Assembly (NCBI GenBank): GCA_963790305.1
Contig: CAWBOC010000009.1
Location: forward strand, 576,001-640,000
DNA from: an uncultured Gemmatimonadaceae bacterium
Lineage (GTDB): Bacteria > Gemmatimonadota > Gemmatimonadetes > Gemmatimonadales > Gemmatimonadaceae
Length of the DNA stretch: 64,000 nucleotides
Reading direction: 5' to 3'
The notes beneath the pieces were generated by a model. It saw only the letters and a program-made list of their open reading frames with translations. It was not told the DNA's origin and did no database searches. Below are positions 54,113-64,000 of this stretch, in pieces (the first letter of the stretch is position 1; the number at the start of each line of letters is the position of its first letter). Both the position numbers and the translations under genes were made by a program.

Positions 54113-55731
54113 GCTTGTCTCCCCGTGTTGATGACGTTGACGTTCTTGAACCGAGCCGGCACGCAGCCGTGACTCACGGCGTTCGACTGGCTGGGCTGAC
54201 CCTTGCCGTCGTTGAAGGCGCCGCCGAGCATGTAGCTGTCGCGGCCTCCGATCATGTCCATGGAGTTCCAGAACTCCGGCGTGCGGAGCTGGTACGCGAC
54301 GTCTTTCAGCATGCCGACGATCTTTCCCCCGCGAATCTCGTAGAAGACCTGACCACCGAACTGCGCGTTGTATCGCTGCTGATCGATCGAGAACGAGCCT
54401 TCACCGACAATGGCGATGCCGCGATCGGTGGCGGCAATCAGATCGTCCCAGGAGTGATTCTGCTCGCCGGGAAGGAGCGAGACGTTCGGCATACGCTGGA
54501 ACTGGACGTCCGCCCACGATTGCGCGTACGAGCACCCATGCGAGCGTGTCTCGCGATTCTGCCGCGTGTACCACCACTCGAGCCAGGGCGCCTGCTCGCG
54601 GGTGGTCTGATAATCGTTGAAGACGCCGTTCTTGATGATCAGGAACTCTTCCGGTCGAACACCTTCATCGTCCCAGCCGACTGCCGAAAGCGAGCCCGGC
54701 TGCGACCGGTCGCCCTGCACGTTCATGAACTCGGGGCCGTACTTGAGGCTGCCGAGCATCTTGTCGGGCGGGGCAACGAACGATGTGCCGGCGTAGTTCG
54801 CCTCGTAGCCCATGGCGCGATCGAGCTCGGTGGGGTGCGCGATGGATTCGTGAATCGTGAGCCAGAGGTGGGACGGATGGAGAATGAGATCGTACCGACC
54901 GACCTCGACCGGCTTCGCCGAGAGCTTGCGGACTGCCTCTTCGGCCCAGCGTGGGGCGTTCTCGACGAGCTTCGCGTCGAGCACGTGCTCGTAGCCCTTT
55001 CCCATCGGCTGCACATCATTCGACTGGCGCGTCTGGAAATCGCCGGACGCGACCGCGGTGACGGTCAGCGAGGGTTGCGCTCGAAAGATCGTCTGCACGA
55101 CGTAGGTTCCGTCGGTGGTCGCCAGCGTTTTCTCTTCGCGCAGGAAGAACATCTGCGAGTTGACGAATCGCGCGCCCTGGACCCCGAGCGCGGCCGCGTT
55201 CGCCGCGAGCAGGAGCGCGGCCTTGTCTTCGATGGGCACGTCGAACGGGTCGAGTCGCGCGGGGCTGCGCCACGATCCGTCCGGCGTCGGCGTGACCGGT
55301 GCGAGCGTGACCGGGCGCACCATCGTGGTTCGATTCGCGCGCGCTTGCGTGACCGCCTGCCGCGCCACGCGGGCGACCTCTTCCCGCGTCAGATCACGAC
55401 TGGCGGCGAATCCCCATGCGCCGCCGACCAGCACGCGCACGCCGAAGCCGAAGGTCTCGTTATCGACGAGATTCTGAACGCGTTGCTCGCGCGTGAAGAT
55501 GGCCTGATTCCGATTCCGGCTGATGCGGACGTCGGCATAGCTCGCTCCGGCCGACTTCGCCGCATCGAGCGCCAGCATGGCCAGGTCCTTGAAGGTCGGA
55601 TCGCCAGTGGCAGTAGCGGTCGACGGCGCGGGAGCAGGGGGAGGGACGGTGGCCGGCGCGCATCCGGCGATTCCAATCGCCGCGCTTGCGGCCGCGGCTT
55701 GCGTGATGAATTCGCGTCTTGTCTGCGGCAC
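54109..55731 (-). CDS. tldD: TldD-family metalloprotease with a Tat lipoprotein signal
   Basis: QTRREFIT...IAGC and HESIAHPTELDR; paralog of 51104-52738. Confidence 0.88.
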   Translation of the reverse strand: MPQTRREFITQAAAASAAIGIAGCAPATVPPPAPAPSTATATGDPTFKDLAMLALDAAKSAGASYADVRISRNRNQAIFTREQRVQNLVDNETFGFGVRVLVGGAWGFAASRDLTREEVARVARQAVTQARANRTTMVRPVTLAPVTPTPDGSWRSPARLDPFDVPIEDKAALLLAANAAALGVQGARFVNSQMFFLREEKTLATTDGTYVVQTIFRAQPSLTVTAVASGDFQTRQSNDVQPMGKGYEHVLDAKLVENAPRWAEEAVRKLSAKPVEVGRYDLILHPSHLWLTIHESIAHPTELDRAMGYEANYAGTSFVAPPDKMLGSLKYGPEFMNVQGDRSQPGSLSAVGWDDEGVRPEEFLIIKNGVFNDYQTTREQAPWLEWWYTRQNRETRSHGCSYAQSWADVQFQRMPNVSLLPGEQNHSWDDLIAATDRGIAIVGEGSFSIDQQRYNAQFGGQVFYEIRGGKIVGMLKDVAYQLRTPEFWNSMDMIGGRDSYMLGGAFNDGKGQPSQSNAVSHGCVPARFKNVNVINTGRQA

Positions 55732-55913
55732 TCAACACCCTCGTGCTCGCACTGGGAACTCTCGTCGCCGACGCAGCAAGGATGCTGGCGCGACGCGCAT
55801 CGCGTGCGGATATCGTCTGCCGGCGCGAATATAGAAATGGCATCAGACCCACGCAATAGCGCGAGGATGGTTTTTTACAGCATGTCAACCATCATGCGAG
55901 CGAGTCGCGACGA

Positions 55914-57242
55914 ATGAACGATGCACGCGCATCGGCGCACGTGCTGGTGATCGGCGGGGGCTTCAGCGGCGTCGCCGCGGCCGTCGCGCTTCACGCACGA
56001 GGACATGCGGTCACGCTCCTCGAGCGACACGCCGTGCTCGGCGGGCGAGCGCGCAGTGATGCGCGGAGCGAAGGTGCCATCGACACCGGCGCACAGCTCA
56101 TCGCATTGACGTTCACGCGCACGATGAGACTGCTCGCCACCGCGCGCCTCCATCCAACGAACGCACGCGACATCTTCGTGCGGGACGGCAAGCGGCTTCC
56201 CATTCGTTTCGGGTCGATCGCTTCGATGCTGCGCTTCGGCGGATTGGGAGCCGGAGACAAACTGAAGCTCGGTACGACCCTGCTGCCGTTGCTCGCGCGC
56301 CATGCCGGCGCGTTGCGCGCGGACGACAGCGACGGACTGGAAGAGCTCGATCGCGTTTCGGCTCGCGCCTTCGTCACGCAGACGATCAGTGAACGCGCCG
56401 CGAACGTTCTCGTCGAGCCACCGCTCAACGCGTTCTATGGCGCGCGCGGCAGCGAAACGAGTCTGGCGTTTTTTTTGACTCTCGGCAGATACGGCAGCGA
56501 TGCGTCGCTGCTCGCGAGCCACGAGGGATGGTCGGGCGCGCTCGCGACGGTCGCCGCCGGTGTGCGACTGGAGCTCAACACACACGTCGACGTGATTCAG
56601 GTCACGCCATCAGGCGTCGTCGTTCGCGATGCCACACACCGTGAGTGGCGGGCGGACGCAGTCGTCATCGCCACCAGCGCCTTCATTGCCCACGGACTGC
56701 TTGGCCCTGTCGTCGGCGAGTCGCATCCATTGGTGAGCTGGCTCGCCTCGATTGTTACACGACCGACGTGGACCGTGATGCTCGCGCTCAACCGGTCCAT
56801 GCACGCAGAAACGTTCGGCGTGCTGGCCGACCCGACGGAGTCAGCGATGGTGAGTGCGTGCGCACTCCCCGCGGGACGGTGGACTACCCAGGACCGGTCC
56901 GACGGAATCGTCCTCGCGTGGCCGACCCCGAATGCCGTCGATCGACTCGCGAGTCACCCGGCGGCCGAGATCGTCGCCGCCATGATGCCGGAGATCGAGC
57001 GGCTGGTCCCGGATACGCGCGGGGCCATCGAGCGTGCGCGAGTATTTCGTTTCAATGAAGGGACGCCGCTGGCGCGCCCTGGGTTCCTCGCGCATCGGGC
57101 GATCGGCAGGCAGCTCGTGGAGTCGCTGCAATTGCCGGTCGCGCTGGCCGGAGACTACCTCACCATGCCCCTCGTCGAGGGAGCCGTCGTCAGCGGCGAC
57201 TGGGCTGCGGAGCGAATCGCCAGGCTACTGACGAGCGCCTGA
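55914..57242 (+). CDS. FAD-dependent oxidoreductase (amine oxidase/protoporphyrinogen oxidase family)
   Basis: VIGGGFSG, LE...LGGR, DTGAQ and LAGDY...VEGAVVSG. Confidence 0.85.
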   Translation: MNDARASAHVLVIGGGFSGVAAAVALHARGHAVTLLERHAVLGGRARSDARSEGAIDTGAQLIALTFTRTMRLLATARLHPTNARDIFVRDGKRLPIRFGSIASMLRFGGLGAGDKLKLGTTLLPLLARHAGALRADDSDGLEELDRVSARAFVTQTISERAANVLVEPPLNAFYGARGSETSLAFFLTLGRYGSDASLLASHEGWSGALATVAAGVRLELNTHVDVIQVTPSGVVVRDATHREWRADAVVIATSAFIAHGLLGPVVGESHPLVSWLASIVTRPTWTVMLALNRSMHAETFGVLADPTESAMVSACALPAGRWTTQDRSDGIVLAWPTPNAVDRLASHPAAEIVAAMMPEIERLVPDTRGAIERARVFRFNEGTPLARPGFLAHRAIGRQLVESLQLPVALAGDYLTMPLVEGAVVSGDWAAERIARLLTSA

Positions 57243-58976
57243 CGAGCTCGACGCGGCGGGCGGCGGAGTGCTGTCGGCTGCGGGCGTCGGTGCCGCCGTC
57301 GTCGTATCACCTTGCGGCTGCTGCACTGGCGCCACCCGACGCGCAGGTACCTCGAACGCCGCAACGACGGTGTCGCCTTCGCTCACCTGGACATCATGCT
57401 GGAAGGGCATGAACATGTCGCCCGCGCCGCGCACGGTCACGATGTGCGCTCCCTTGTCGACGCGAATGATCTGCGGCGCCGAGCCGTAGGAGCGACCGTT
57501 GATGATGATCGGCGCTGTTCCGCCGGCGACGGTGACCTTGATCCAGCCATGGCGTGCGCCTGTCATGCGAAAGGGTGCTGGCCCCACTGGCGATCTGACG
57601 AGCGTATCCTCGAGCACGAGCGGCGCGCGCTCGAGGTCCAATGGAGCGGCCAGCGTCGAGTCGGTCGGCTGCGTCGTATCGGCGGGCACGATGGTGTCGC
57701 TCGCGACGAGCGGGTCCCGCGTCGAAGGGACGGGACCGGGTGACTGCGCCGCGGCACCTGACGTGGCGAGGTGCTGCGCTTGATCGCGAGCCAGTCCGGC
57801 GGCGTGGACGAGCCCGCCCCAGAACTCCAGCGCTTGCGCGCGCACGGGCGGAACGCCGTACACGACTGCCGCCAGCGCCGCGACGGCGACCGTCGCCTTC
57901 CAGGGAAATCCTCGGCGCTTTCGCCGAGGCTCATAACGAGGGCCACGGGCGGTGTTGGGTGACGGGCCGGCGGGTCGCCGTCCTGCCAACGCCTCGACGA
58001 ATCCGGTCACGGTGGAGAACCGCTCCGACGACAGCTTCGACATGGCACGACGCAATGCGGCGTCAGCGCTCGCTGGCAATGCCTGACGGATCGCGGTGAT
58101 GTCGGGCATCTCCGCCGAGAGGTGGAGCGTCAGCAGATCTTCGACACGCGCGGTCTCGAACGGACGCACACCGGAGAGCATCTCGTACGCGACAACGGCC
58201 AACGCGTATTGATCGGCTCGCCCATCGAGCTCTTCACCTCGCCACTGTTCGGGCGACATGTACGCGGGCGATCCGATGATGCCTGTACCCGTTACGTTAC
58301 CGGTCGTGTTGCCCAGCGCCTTCGCGATACCGAAATCCGCGACCATCGCGTGACCCGATTCACCCAGCAGAATGTTCGCCGGCTTGATATCGCGGTGCAC
58401 GACGCCTTGGCGGTGGGCGTGATCGAGCGCGGCTGCGACGTCGCGCAGGACGCGCACGCAGTAATCGAACTCGAGCGCCTTCTTGCTGGCCACGATGCTC
58501 TCGAGCGTGCCGCCGCGCACGAGGCGCATGGTGTAATACGCGACCGAGTTGCCGTGACCGACGGCGAAGATCGGAACAATGTTGGGATGGTCGAGCTTCG
58601 CCGCGAGCTTCGCTTCGCGCTCGAATCGCCCGTAGGCCTCGGGGGCGAACACGGGATCGAGCGCGAGCACCTTGAGCGCGACTTCGCGGTCCAGTGCGCG
58701 CTCACGCGCGCGGAAGACGATGCCCATCCCGCCGCGACCGAGCAGCTCCATCAGCTCGAAGGCTTCGCCGATGGACTCCTGAAGGCGCGCCCGGAGCTTT
58801 TCCGTCTGATCACCCGTATATGCCGTCTCGCCGGCGGGCGCCTCGGACAATGCGGCTCCACACTTCGCGCAAAGCGTGAGCGAAGCGGAAAGCGACGCGC
58901 CGCATCGCGGGCACGTCACCGATAGCGTTATGCGCGAGGTGACGACGCTCGCGGGGCGAGCGGGAGTATCGGACAC
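57225..58976 (-). CDS. Hanks-type Ser/Thr protein kinase with N-terminal zinc ribbon, TM helix and PEGA-like domain
   Basis: CPRC..CAKC, LGRGGMG, VALK, HRDIKPAN, DFG and GSPAYMSPE. Confidence 0.92.
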   Translation of the reverse strand: MSDTPARPASVVTSRITLSVTCPRCGASLSASLTLCAKCGAALSEAPAGETAYTGDQTEKLRARLQESIGEAFELMELLGRGGMGIVFRARERALDREVALKVLALDPVFAPEAYGRFEREAKLAAKLDHPNIVPIFAVGHGNSVAYYTMRLVRGGTLESIVASKKALEFDYCVRVLRDVAAALDHAHRQGVVHRDIKPANILLGESGHAMVADFGIAKALGNTTGNVTGTGIIGSPAYMSPEQWRGEELDGRADQYALAVVAYEMLSGVRPFETARVEDLLTLHLSAEMPDITAIRQALPASADAALRRAMSKLSSERFSTVTGFVEALAGRRPAGPSPNTARGPRYEPRRKRRGFPWKATVAVAALAAVVYGVPPVRAQALEFWGGLVHAAGLARDQAQHLATSGAAAQSPGPVPSTRDPLVASDTIVPADTTQPTDSTLAAPLDLERAPLVLEDTLVRSPVGPAPFRMTGARHGWIKVTVAGGTAPIIINGRSYGSAPQIIRVDKGAHIVTVRGAGDMFMPFQHDVQVSEGDTVVAAFEVPARRVAPVQQPQGDTTTAAPTPAADSTPPPAASSSSGARQ

Positions 58977-59115
58977 TGATCTGGCCTATGGGCGTGCAGT
59001 CGTCAGAATGACTGTGCCGACCGTTCAAGGGTCACGTTGCGGACACGGTTGAACGAAGGGGGGCGCGCCCTATATATAAGGAAGGCCGCTCGCCCGAACT
59101 CCTCCCGAACCCCGC

Positions 59116-62098
59116 ATGCCAACTCTTTCCGTCAACGGCACCGACGTCACCGTCCGCGACGGCGCGACGATCCTGGATGCGGCGCGACAACTCGGCATCG
59201 ATGTGCCGACGTTATGCTGGTATCCGAAGCTCCCGATCGTGGGCAACTGTCGCGTGTGCCTCGTGTCGGTGGAGGGAGGCGCCGAAGCTCGTGGCAGCCT
59301 GCGCCGCGGCTGCCGTCGATGGAATGAAGGTGACGACCGAGTCGCACGCGGCCGTCGAGAATCGGCGCGCGGTGCTCGGCATGCTTCTCGAGCGGTATCC
59401 GGCTGAGCACATCGACGAGAGTGCCACGCCGAACGAGTTCGAACGGATGGTACGGCGCTACGGCGTGAGCCTGGAGAATCGCTCCGGGCTCCCGCTCCGC
59501 GCGGGCGATGATCGGGCGGGCGACCCGATGATCCAGCACGACATGTCCACCTGCATTCTCTGCACGCGATGCGTGCGCGCGTGCGCGGACATTCAGGTCG
59601 TGGGCGTGCTCGACGTCGCCTATCGAGGCGATCACGCCGAGATCATCGTCGGGGCGGATGGGAATCCCGAGCACGCGGGATGCACGTGGTGTGGTGAGTG
59701 CGTTCGCGTCTGTCCCACCGGGGCCATCCACGACGTACTGCCGCTGGCGAAGTTCGCGCGCGACGCGATGCAGAAGCCCGCGACGACGGTGCGGAGCGTG
59801 TGCCCATACTGCGGCGTTGGCTGCCAGCTCGATCTCGAGGTTCGCGGCACCGATGTCGTTCGCGTCAACAGCCCGTGGATCGAGGAGGCGACGCCGAACA
59901 TGGGCTCGACGTGTGTAAAGGGTCGCTTCGGCACCGACTTCGTCATGCATCGCGATCGCCTCACGACACCATTGATTCGGAAGGGCTGGGTGAAACGGGA
60001 TGGTCGCTGGCGCTTCGAGGGGGACGCGAGCAATGGGAAGCGGTGGGGGCGACGCGGGGGGCCCTGGCGCGACATTGAAGGCGAATCCAACACGCACAAG
60101 TCGCGTCCCAAGATCAATCCTCTGCGTCGTCTTCCCACCCTCGACAGCCCGCTGGGTGACCCGCGCGATCGCGTGGCCACGCCGGCCGACTGGTACGAGC
60201 CCTTCCGCGAGGGCACGTGGGATGAGGCGATGGAGATTGTCGCCCAGGAGCTCACGCGGCTTCGTGACAGCCATGGTCCGGATTCTCTGGCAGTGTTCTC
60301 CTCCGCCAAGTGCTCCAACGAGGAGAATTACGTTCTCCAACGCCTGTTCAGGGCGGGCATTGGCACCAACAACGTCGACCATTGCACGCGCCTGTGCCAT
60401 TCGTCGTCGGTGAGCGCGATGCAGCGGGCGATGAACACCAGCGCGGCTTCGGGGTCGATGCGCGAGGTGGAGTGCGAGTCCGACGTAATCTTCTTGCTCG
60501 GCGCCAACACCACCGAGTCACACCCGGTGTTTGGTGCCGCACTCAAGCGCGCGCAGCGGCGTGGAGCAAAGCTCATCGTCGCCGATCCCCGCCGCATTGA
60601 GCTCGCGCAGCGCGCGGACATTCATCTGCAAATGCTTCCCGGCACCGACGTCGCGCTCCTCAACGCGATGCTGCACCACGTCATCACCACGGATCTGCAC
60701 GACACCAGCTTCATCCGTGAGCGGACCCATGGCTTCGATGAGGTGGCGCGGGCGATAGCGCCGTATACGCCGGAGCGCGCGGAGACGATCTCCGGGGTGC
60801 CGGCCGAGCTCATTCGCCGTGCGGCGGAGCTCTACGCACGGGGTCCGAGATCATCGACGCTGTGGGCGATGGGGCTCACCCAGCACAGGACGGGAACGGA
60901 CATCGTCGCTTCCCTGCTCAACCTCATCCTCGCCACGGGGATGATCGGACGATGGGGCGCGGCGATGCTCCCGATCCGCGGGCAGAACAACGTGCAGGGA
61001 GCGAGTGACGTCGGTGCGATTCCCATGGTGTACACGGACTATCAGCCGGTGACCGACCCCGCGATTCGCCATCGCTTTGCGCAGGCGTGGGGCGTGCCGG
61101 ACGAGCGGCTTTCCCTCACGCCCGGCCTCAAGGTCACGCAGACCGTCGCCAAGGGAAGCCCCGTGCGCGGCATGTACATCATGGGCGAGAACCCCATCAT
61201 CTCGGACCCGGATGTCGCGCACGCGGAGGAGTGGTTTCTCGGTCTCGAGTTTCTGGCGGTGCACGATCTCTTTCTGACCGAAACGGCCCGCTACGCGGAC
61301 GTCGTTCTTCCCGGCGCGTCGTTCGCCGAGAAGGATGGAACGTACGTGAACACCGAGCGGCGTGTGCAGCTGGCTCGTCAGGCAGTCCCCGCCCCCGGCT
61401 CGGCGCGAGGTGATCTCGACACCCTGGTCGACCTGTCCAACCGCATCGGTCTTCCCACGCCGTTCAGGACGGCCGCCGAAGTGATGGTCGAGATCGCGAG
61501 CGTCACGCCGTCGTGGCGAGGGATCACGCACGCGCGGCTCGAGGAGACCGGCGGACTTCAGTATCCGGTGGACCACGCGACGCATCCGGGGACGGCGTTC
61601 CTGTTCGGCGATCGCTTCCCGACTGCCGACGGACGGGCGACGCTGGTACCGGTGGAGTTTCTGCCGCCCGCGGAGCTACCGGACGACGAATTCCCGTTCT
61701 GGATGAACACCGGACGTCAGCTCTACCACTGGCACACCGGCACGATGACGCGCCGCTCGCTCGGCCTGGACTCACGCGAGCCGGTCCCCACGGTGGAGCT
61801 CTCGCCCGCCGATGCGGCCGACATGGGTGTACGAGACGGCGACGCGGTGCGGATCACGTCGCGGAGGAACAGCATCGAGATCGCGGTGCGCCTTTCACCA
61901 CGCGTGGCGCGCCATCAGGTATTCATCCCCATGCACTATCGTGAGGCGGCGGCGAATCTGCTGACGAACCCGGCGCTCGACCCCTACGCCCACATTCCCG
62001 AGTTCAAGGTATGCGCGGTGCGAATCGAGCCGGTGGCGCGGAGTGGGCGTCCTTCCTTGAGCGCCGAGCGGATCGAGCCGCTCGTTCCAGCGGATTGA
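59116..62098 (+). CDS. fdhF: Formate dehydrogenase alpha subunit, FdhF/FdsA type, Cys-containing (apparent +1 frameshift at ~59277)
   Basis: 2Fe-2S PTLC..GNCRVC, two 4Fe-4S motifs, CPYCGVGC, TRLCH, RGQNNVQG, FAEKDGTYVNTERRVQ and PEFK. Confidence 0.88.
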
Positions 62099-62191
62099 GA
62101 GGTGCTCGAGGTGCTCGAGGGAACTGCGGTTTCCCTTGAGCACCTCGAGCACCTTTATGCAATCTGAATTCTCCACTCTGTATTCTGAACT
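62099..62191. repeat. Hairpin of 9-nt GAGGTGCTC units followed by four TCTGAAT-like heptamers
   Basis: GAGGTGCTC-GAGGTGCTC-GAGGGAA...TTCCCTT-GAGCACCTC-GAGCACCTT; TCTGAAT TCTCCAC TCTGTAT TCTGAAC. Confidence 0.65.
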
Positions 62192-62301
62192 CCGTCATCT
62201 TTGCCGTCATCTAGCGGCCTGGCCCCGGCCGTGCGAGCTTTCACGCGCTCGCCGCGCCCCCTGCGGCCATGTCCATCGACTCGACGCAGGAGCTGTCGCG
62301 C

Positions 62302-63327
62302 GTGAAGGCACTCGTCAAGGAGACCGCGGGTCCCGGCTTCAAGCTCAAGAACGTTCCGGAGCCGAACATCCGCGACGACGAAGTGCTCATCCGCGTACGC
62401 CGGGCGGGCGTGTGCGGCACCGACGTTCACATCTACGAATGGGATGACTGGGCGCGAGGCCGCGTGAAGCCGCCCATCGTCGTCGGCCACGAGTTCGCCG
62501 GCGAGGTGGTGGCCGTCGGCTCATTGGTGCGCGATGTACGCGAGGGCGACCGTGTGACCGCAGAAGGACACATTGTCGACGGTCGCTGTCTTCTCTGCCG
62601 CACGGGAAACGCCCACGTATGCCCGCATACGCGCATCATCGGCGTCGACCGCGATGGATGCTTCGCCGAGTACATCGCGATGCCGGCGGTGAACGTGTGG
62701 CACCTCGATGACAACGTGTCGTTCGAGGTGGGCGGCATCCACGACCCCATGGGCAACGCGTTTCACACCGCGCTCACCGCCGACATTCCTGGCGCGACGG
62801 TGCTGGTGACGGGATGCGGACCGATTGGCCTGTTCGCCATTGGGATCTGCAATGCGGCAGGCGCGTCACGGATCATCGCCAGCGATGTGAACGACACGCG
62901 TCTCGCGCTGGCGCGGCGCATGGGCGCCGACGATACGGTGAAGCCGCACGAAGCAGAGCCGGTCGTGAAACGGCACACCGCCGGGCTCGGCGTGGATGTG
63001 GTCCTGGAAATGTCGGGCGTTCCGTCGGCGATCCACCAGGCGTTCGCGCTGGTACGGGTCGGCGGCCGCGTGCAGATGCTTGGGATTCCGGCCAAGCCCA
63101 TGGAGGTCAACTTCGCGACCGAGGTGATCTTCAAGGGCATCACGATCTATGGTGTGGTCGGGCGTCGCATGTACGACACCTGGCACCAGATGACGCGCTT
63201 TCTCCGTTCCGGCGAGTTCGACCCGACACCTGTGATCACACACCGCTTTCCCCTCGAGGCGGCCGACGAGGCGATCGGCGCCATCAGGAGTGGAGAGGCG
63301 GGGAAGGTGATCTTCGAGGTGAGCTGA
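62302..63327 (+). CDS. tdh: L-threonine 3-dehydrogenase
   Basis: AGGAG RBS before GTG 62302 (MKALVKE). CGTDVHIYEWD.WA, GHEF, DPMGNA.HT and LEMSG. Adjacent to kbl. Confidence 0.95.
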   Translation: MKALVKETAGPGFKLKNVPEPNIRDDEVLIRVRRAGVCGTDVHIYEWDDWARGRVKPPIVVGHEFAGEVVAVGSLVRDVREGDRVTAEGHIVDGRCLLCRTGNAHVCPHTRIIGVDRDGCFAEYIAMPAVNVWHLDDNVSFEVGGIHDPMGNAFHTALTADIPGATVLVTGCGPIGLFAIGICNAAGASRIIASDVNDTRLALARRMGADDTVKPHEAEPVVKRHTAGLGVDVVLEMSGVPSAIHQAFALVRVGGRVQMLGIPAKPMEVNFATEVIFKGITIYGVVGRRMYDTWHQMTRFLRSGEFDPTPVITHRFPLEAADEAIGAIRSGEAGKVIFEVS

Positions 63328-63332
63328 ATCAG

Positions 63333-63429
63333 GAAGAATGCGGAATGCGGATTGCGGATTGCTCGTAAGACCCCTCGTACGTTTACGGCAGCCAAACATC
63401 CATTCCGCATTCCGCAATCCGCATTCTTC
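63333..63429. repeat. Heptamer-unit (GGAATGC/GGATTGC) inverted repeat between tdh and kbl
   Basis: GAAGAATGCGGAATGCGGATTGCGGATTG ... CATTCCGCATTCCGCAATCCGCATTCTTC. Confidence 0.8.
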
Positions 63430-63433
63430 TCTC

Positions 63434-64000
63434 ATGAGCCTGAACAGTCGCTTCAACACGGAGCTCGCCAGCGCGCTTCGAGCAGCTTCGCGACGACCGC
63501 GTCTACAAACGCCTCAACTACATCGACTCGCCGCAGTCCGCGCACGTGCAGATGGAAGGGCGCGGTGACGTGCTCATCCTGTCGTCGAACAACTACCTTG
63601 GGCTGTGCGGACGAGCCCCCGGTCATCGATGCGGGACATGAGGCGCTGGACAAGTATGGTGCGGGCACCGGGAGCGTGCGGTTCATCTGCGGCACGTTCA
63701 CGATTCACCGACAGCTCGAGCAGGCGCTTGCGCGCTTCGTCGGTACCGAGTCGTCGATGAGCTACGTGTCGTGCTGGAACGCGAACGAGGGGCTCACGGC
63801 AACGATCGTCGAGGAAGGCGACTTCGTCATCTCCGACGCGCTCAACCACGCGTCGATCATCGACTCGATTCGTCTCGCCAAGGCGATCACCAAGTGCACG
63901 ACGGCGGTCTACAAGCACTCCGACATGGACGACCTGCGCACCAAGCTCGCCGCGAACCGGGGAGCACGACGCAGGCTCATTTGGACGGATGGCGTCTTCT
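63434..64000 (+). CDS. kbl: 2-amino-3-ketobutyrate CoA ligase (glycine C-acetyltransferase), partial, with apparent frameshifts at ~63478 and ~63610-63620
   Basis: Pieces read LSSNNYLGL, YGAGTGSVRFICGT, SDALNHASIID and IWTDGVF. Downstream of tdh. Confidence 0.88.

Noticed and set aside
60380..60405. Selenocysteine in formate dehydrogenase
   Set aside because: The active-site motif reads TRLCH with a Cys codon and there is no in-frame TGA.

Overview
GC-rich bacterial chromosomal segment, most likely Gemmatimonadota. This is inferred from tandem SusC/SusD-type loci in a high-GC genome, a short ATP synthase epsilon subunit and a PEGA-type Ser/Thr kinase. 1-23.4 kb: four SusC/RagA-type TonB-dependent receptors (one truncated at the window edge), three SusD/RagB-type lipoproteins, accessory lipoproteins and two paralogous carboxypeptidase-regulatory + plug + TonB-C proteins. 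No glycoside hydrolase genes were recognised there. 23.5-39.3 kb: F1-only atpAGDC, an AraC regulator, a NUDIX hydrolase, an MlaF-like ATPase, a sigma-70 factor, six tRNAs, a histidine kinase, an MlaD-like protein, rho, ruvX, mltG, aroH and an HD-GYP protein. 39.6-43.1 kb: a 23S-5S rRNA unit with its own promoter and boxA but no 16S gene. 43.2-64 kb: rlmI, mutM, a CDF transporter, then a candidate peptide-modification locus (sigma54-type promoter, 49-aa peptide, Zn-metallopeptidase, ATP-grasp ligase). That locus converges on two Tat-lipoprotein TldD/TldE pairs ending in an unannotated 38-aa protamine-like ORF. An FAD oxidoreductase, a Ser/Thr kinase, fdhF, tdh and kbl (partial) follow. At least six intergenic hairpins built from 7-nt tandem units are spread across the window. 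Several conserved genes carry single-base insertions that look like long-read consensus errors.
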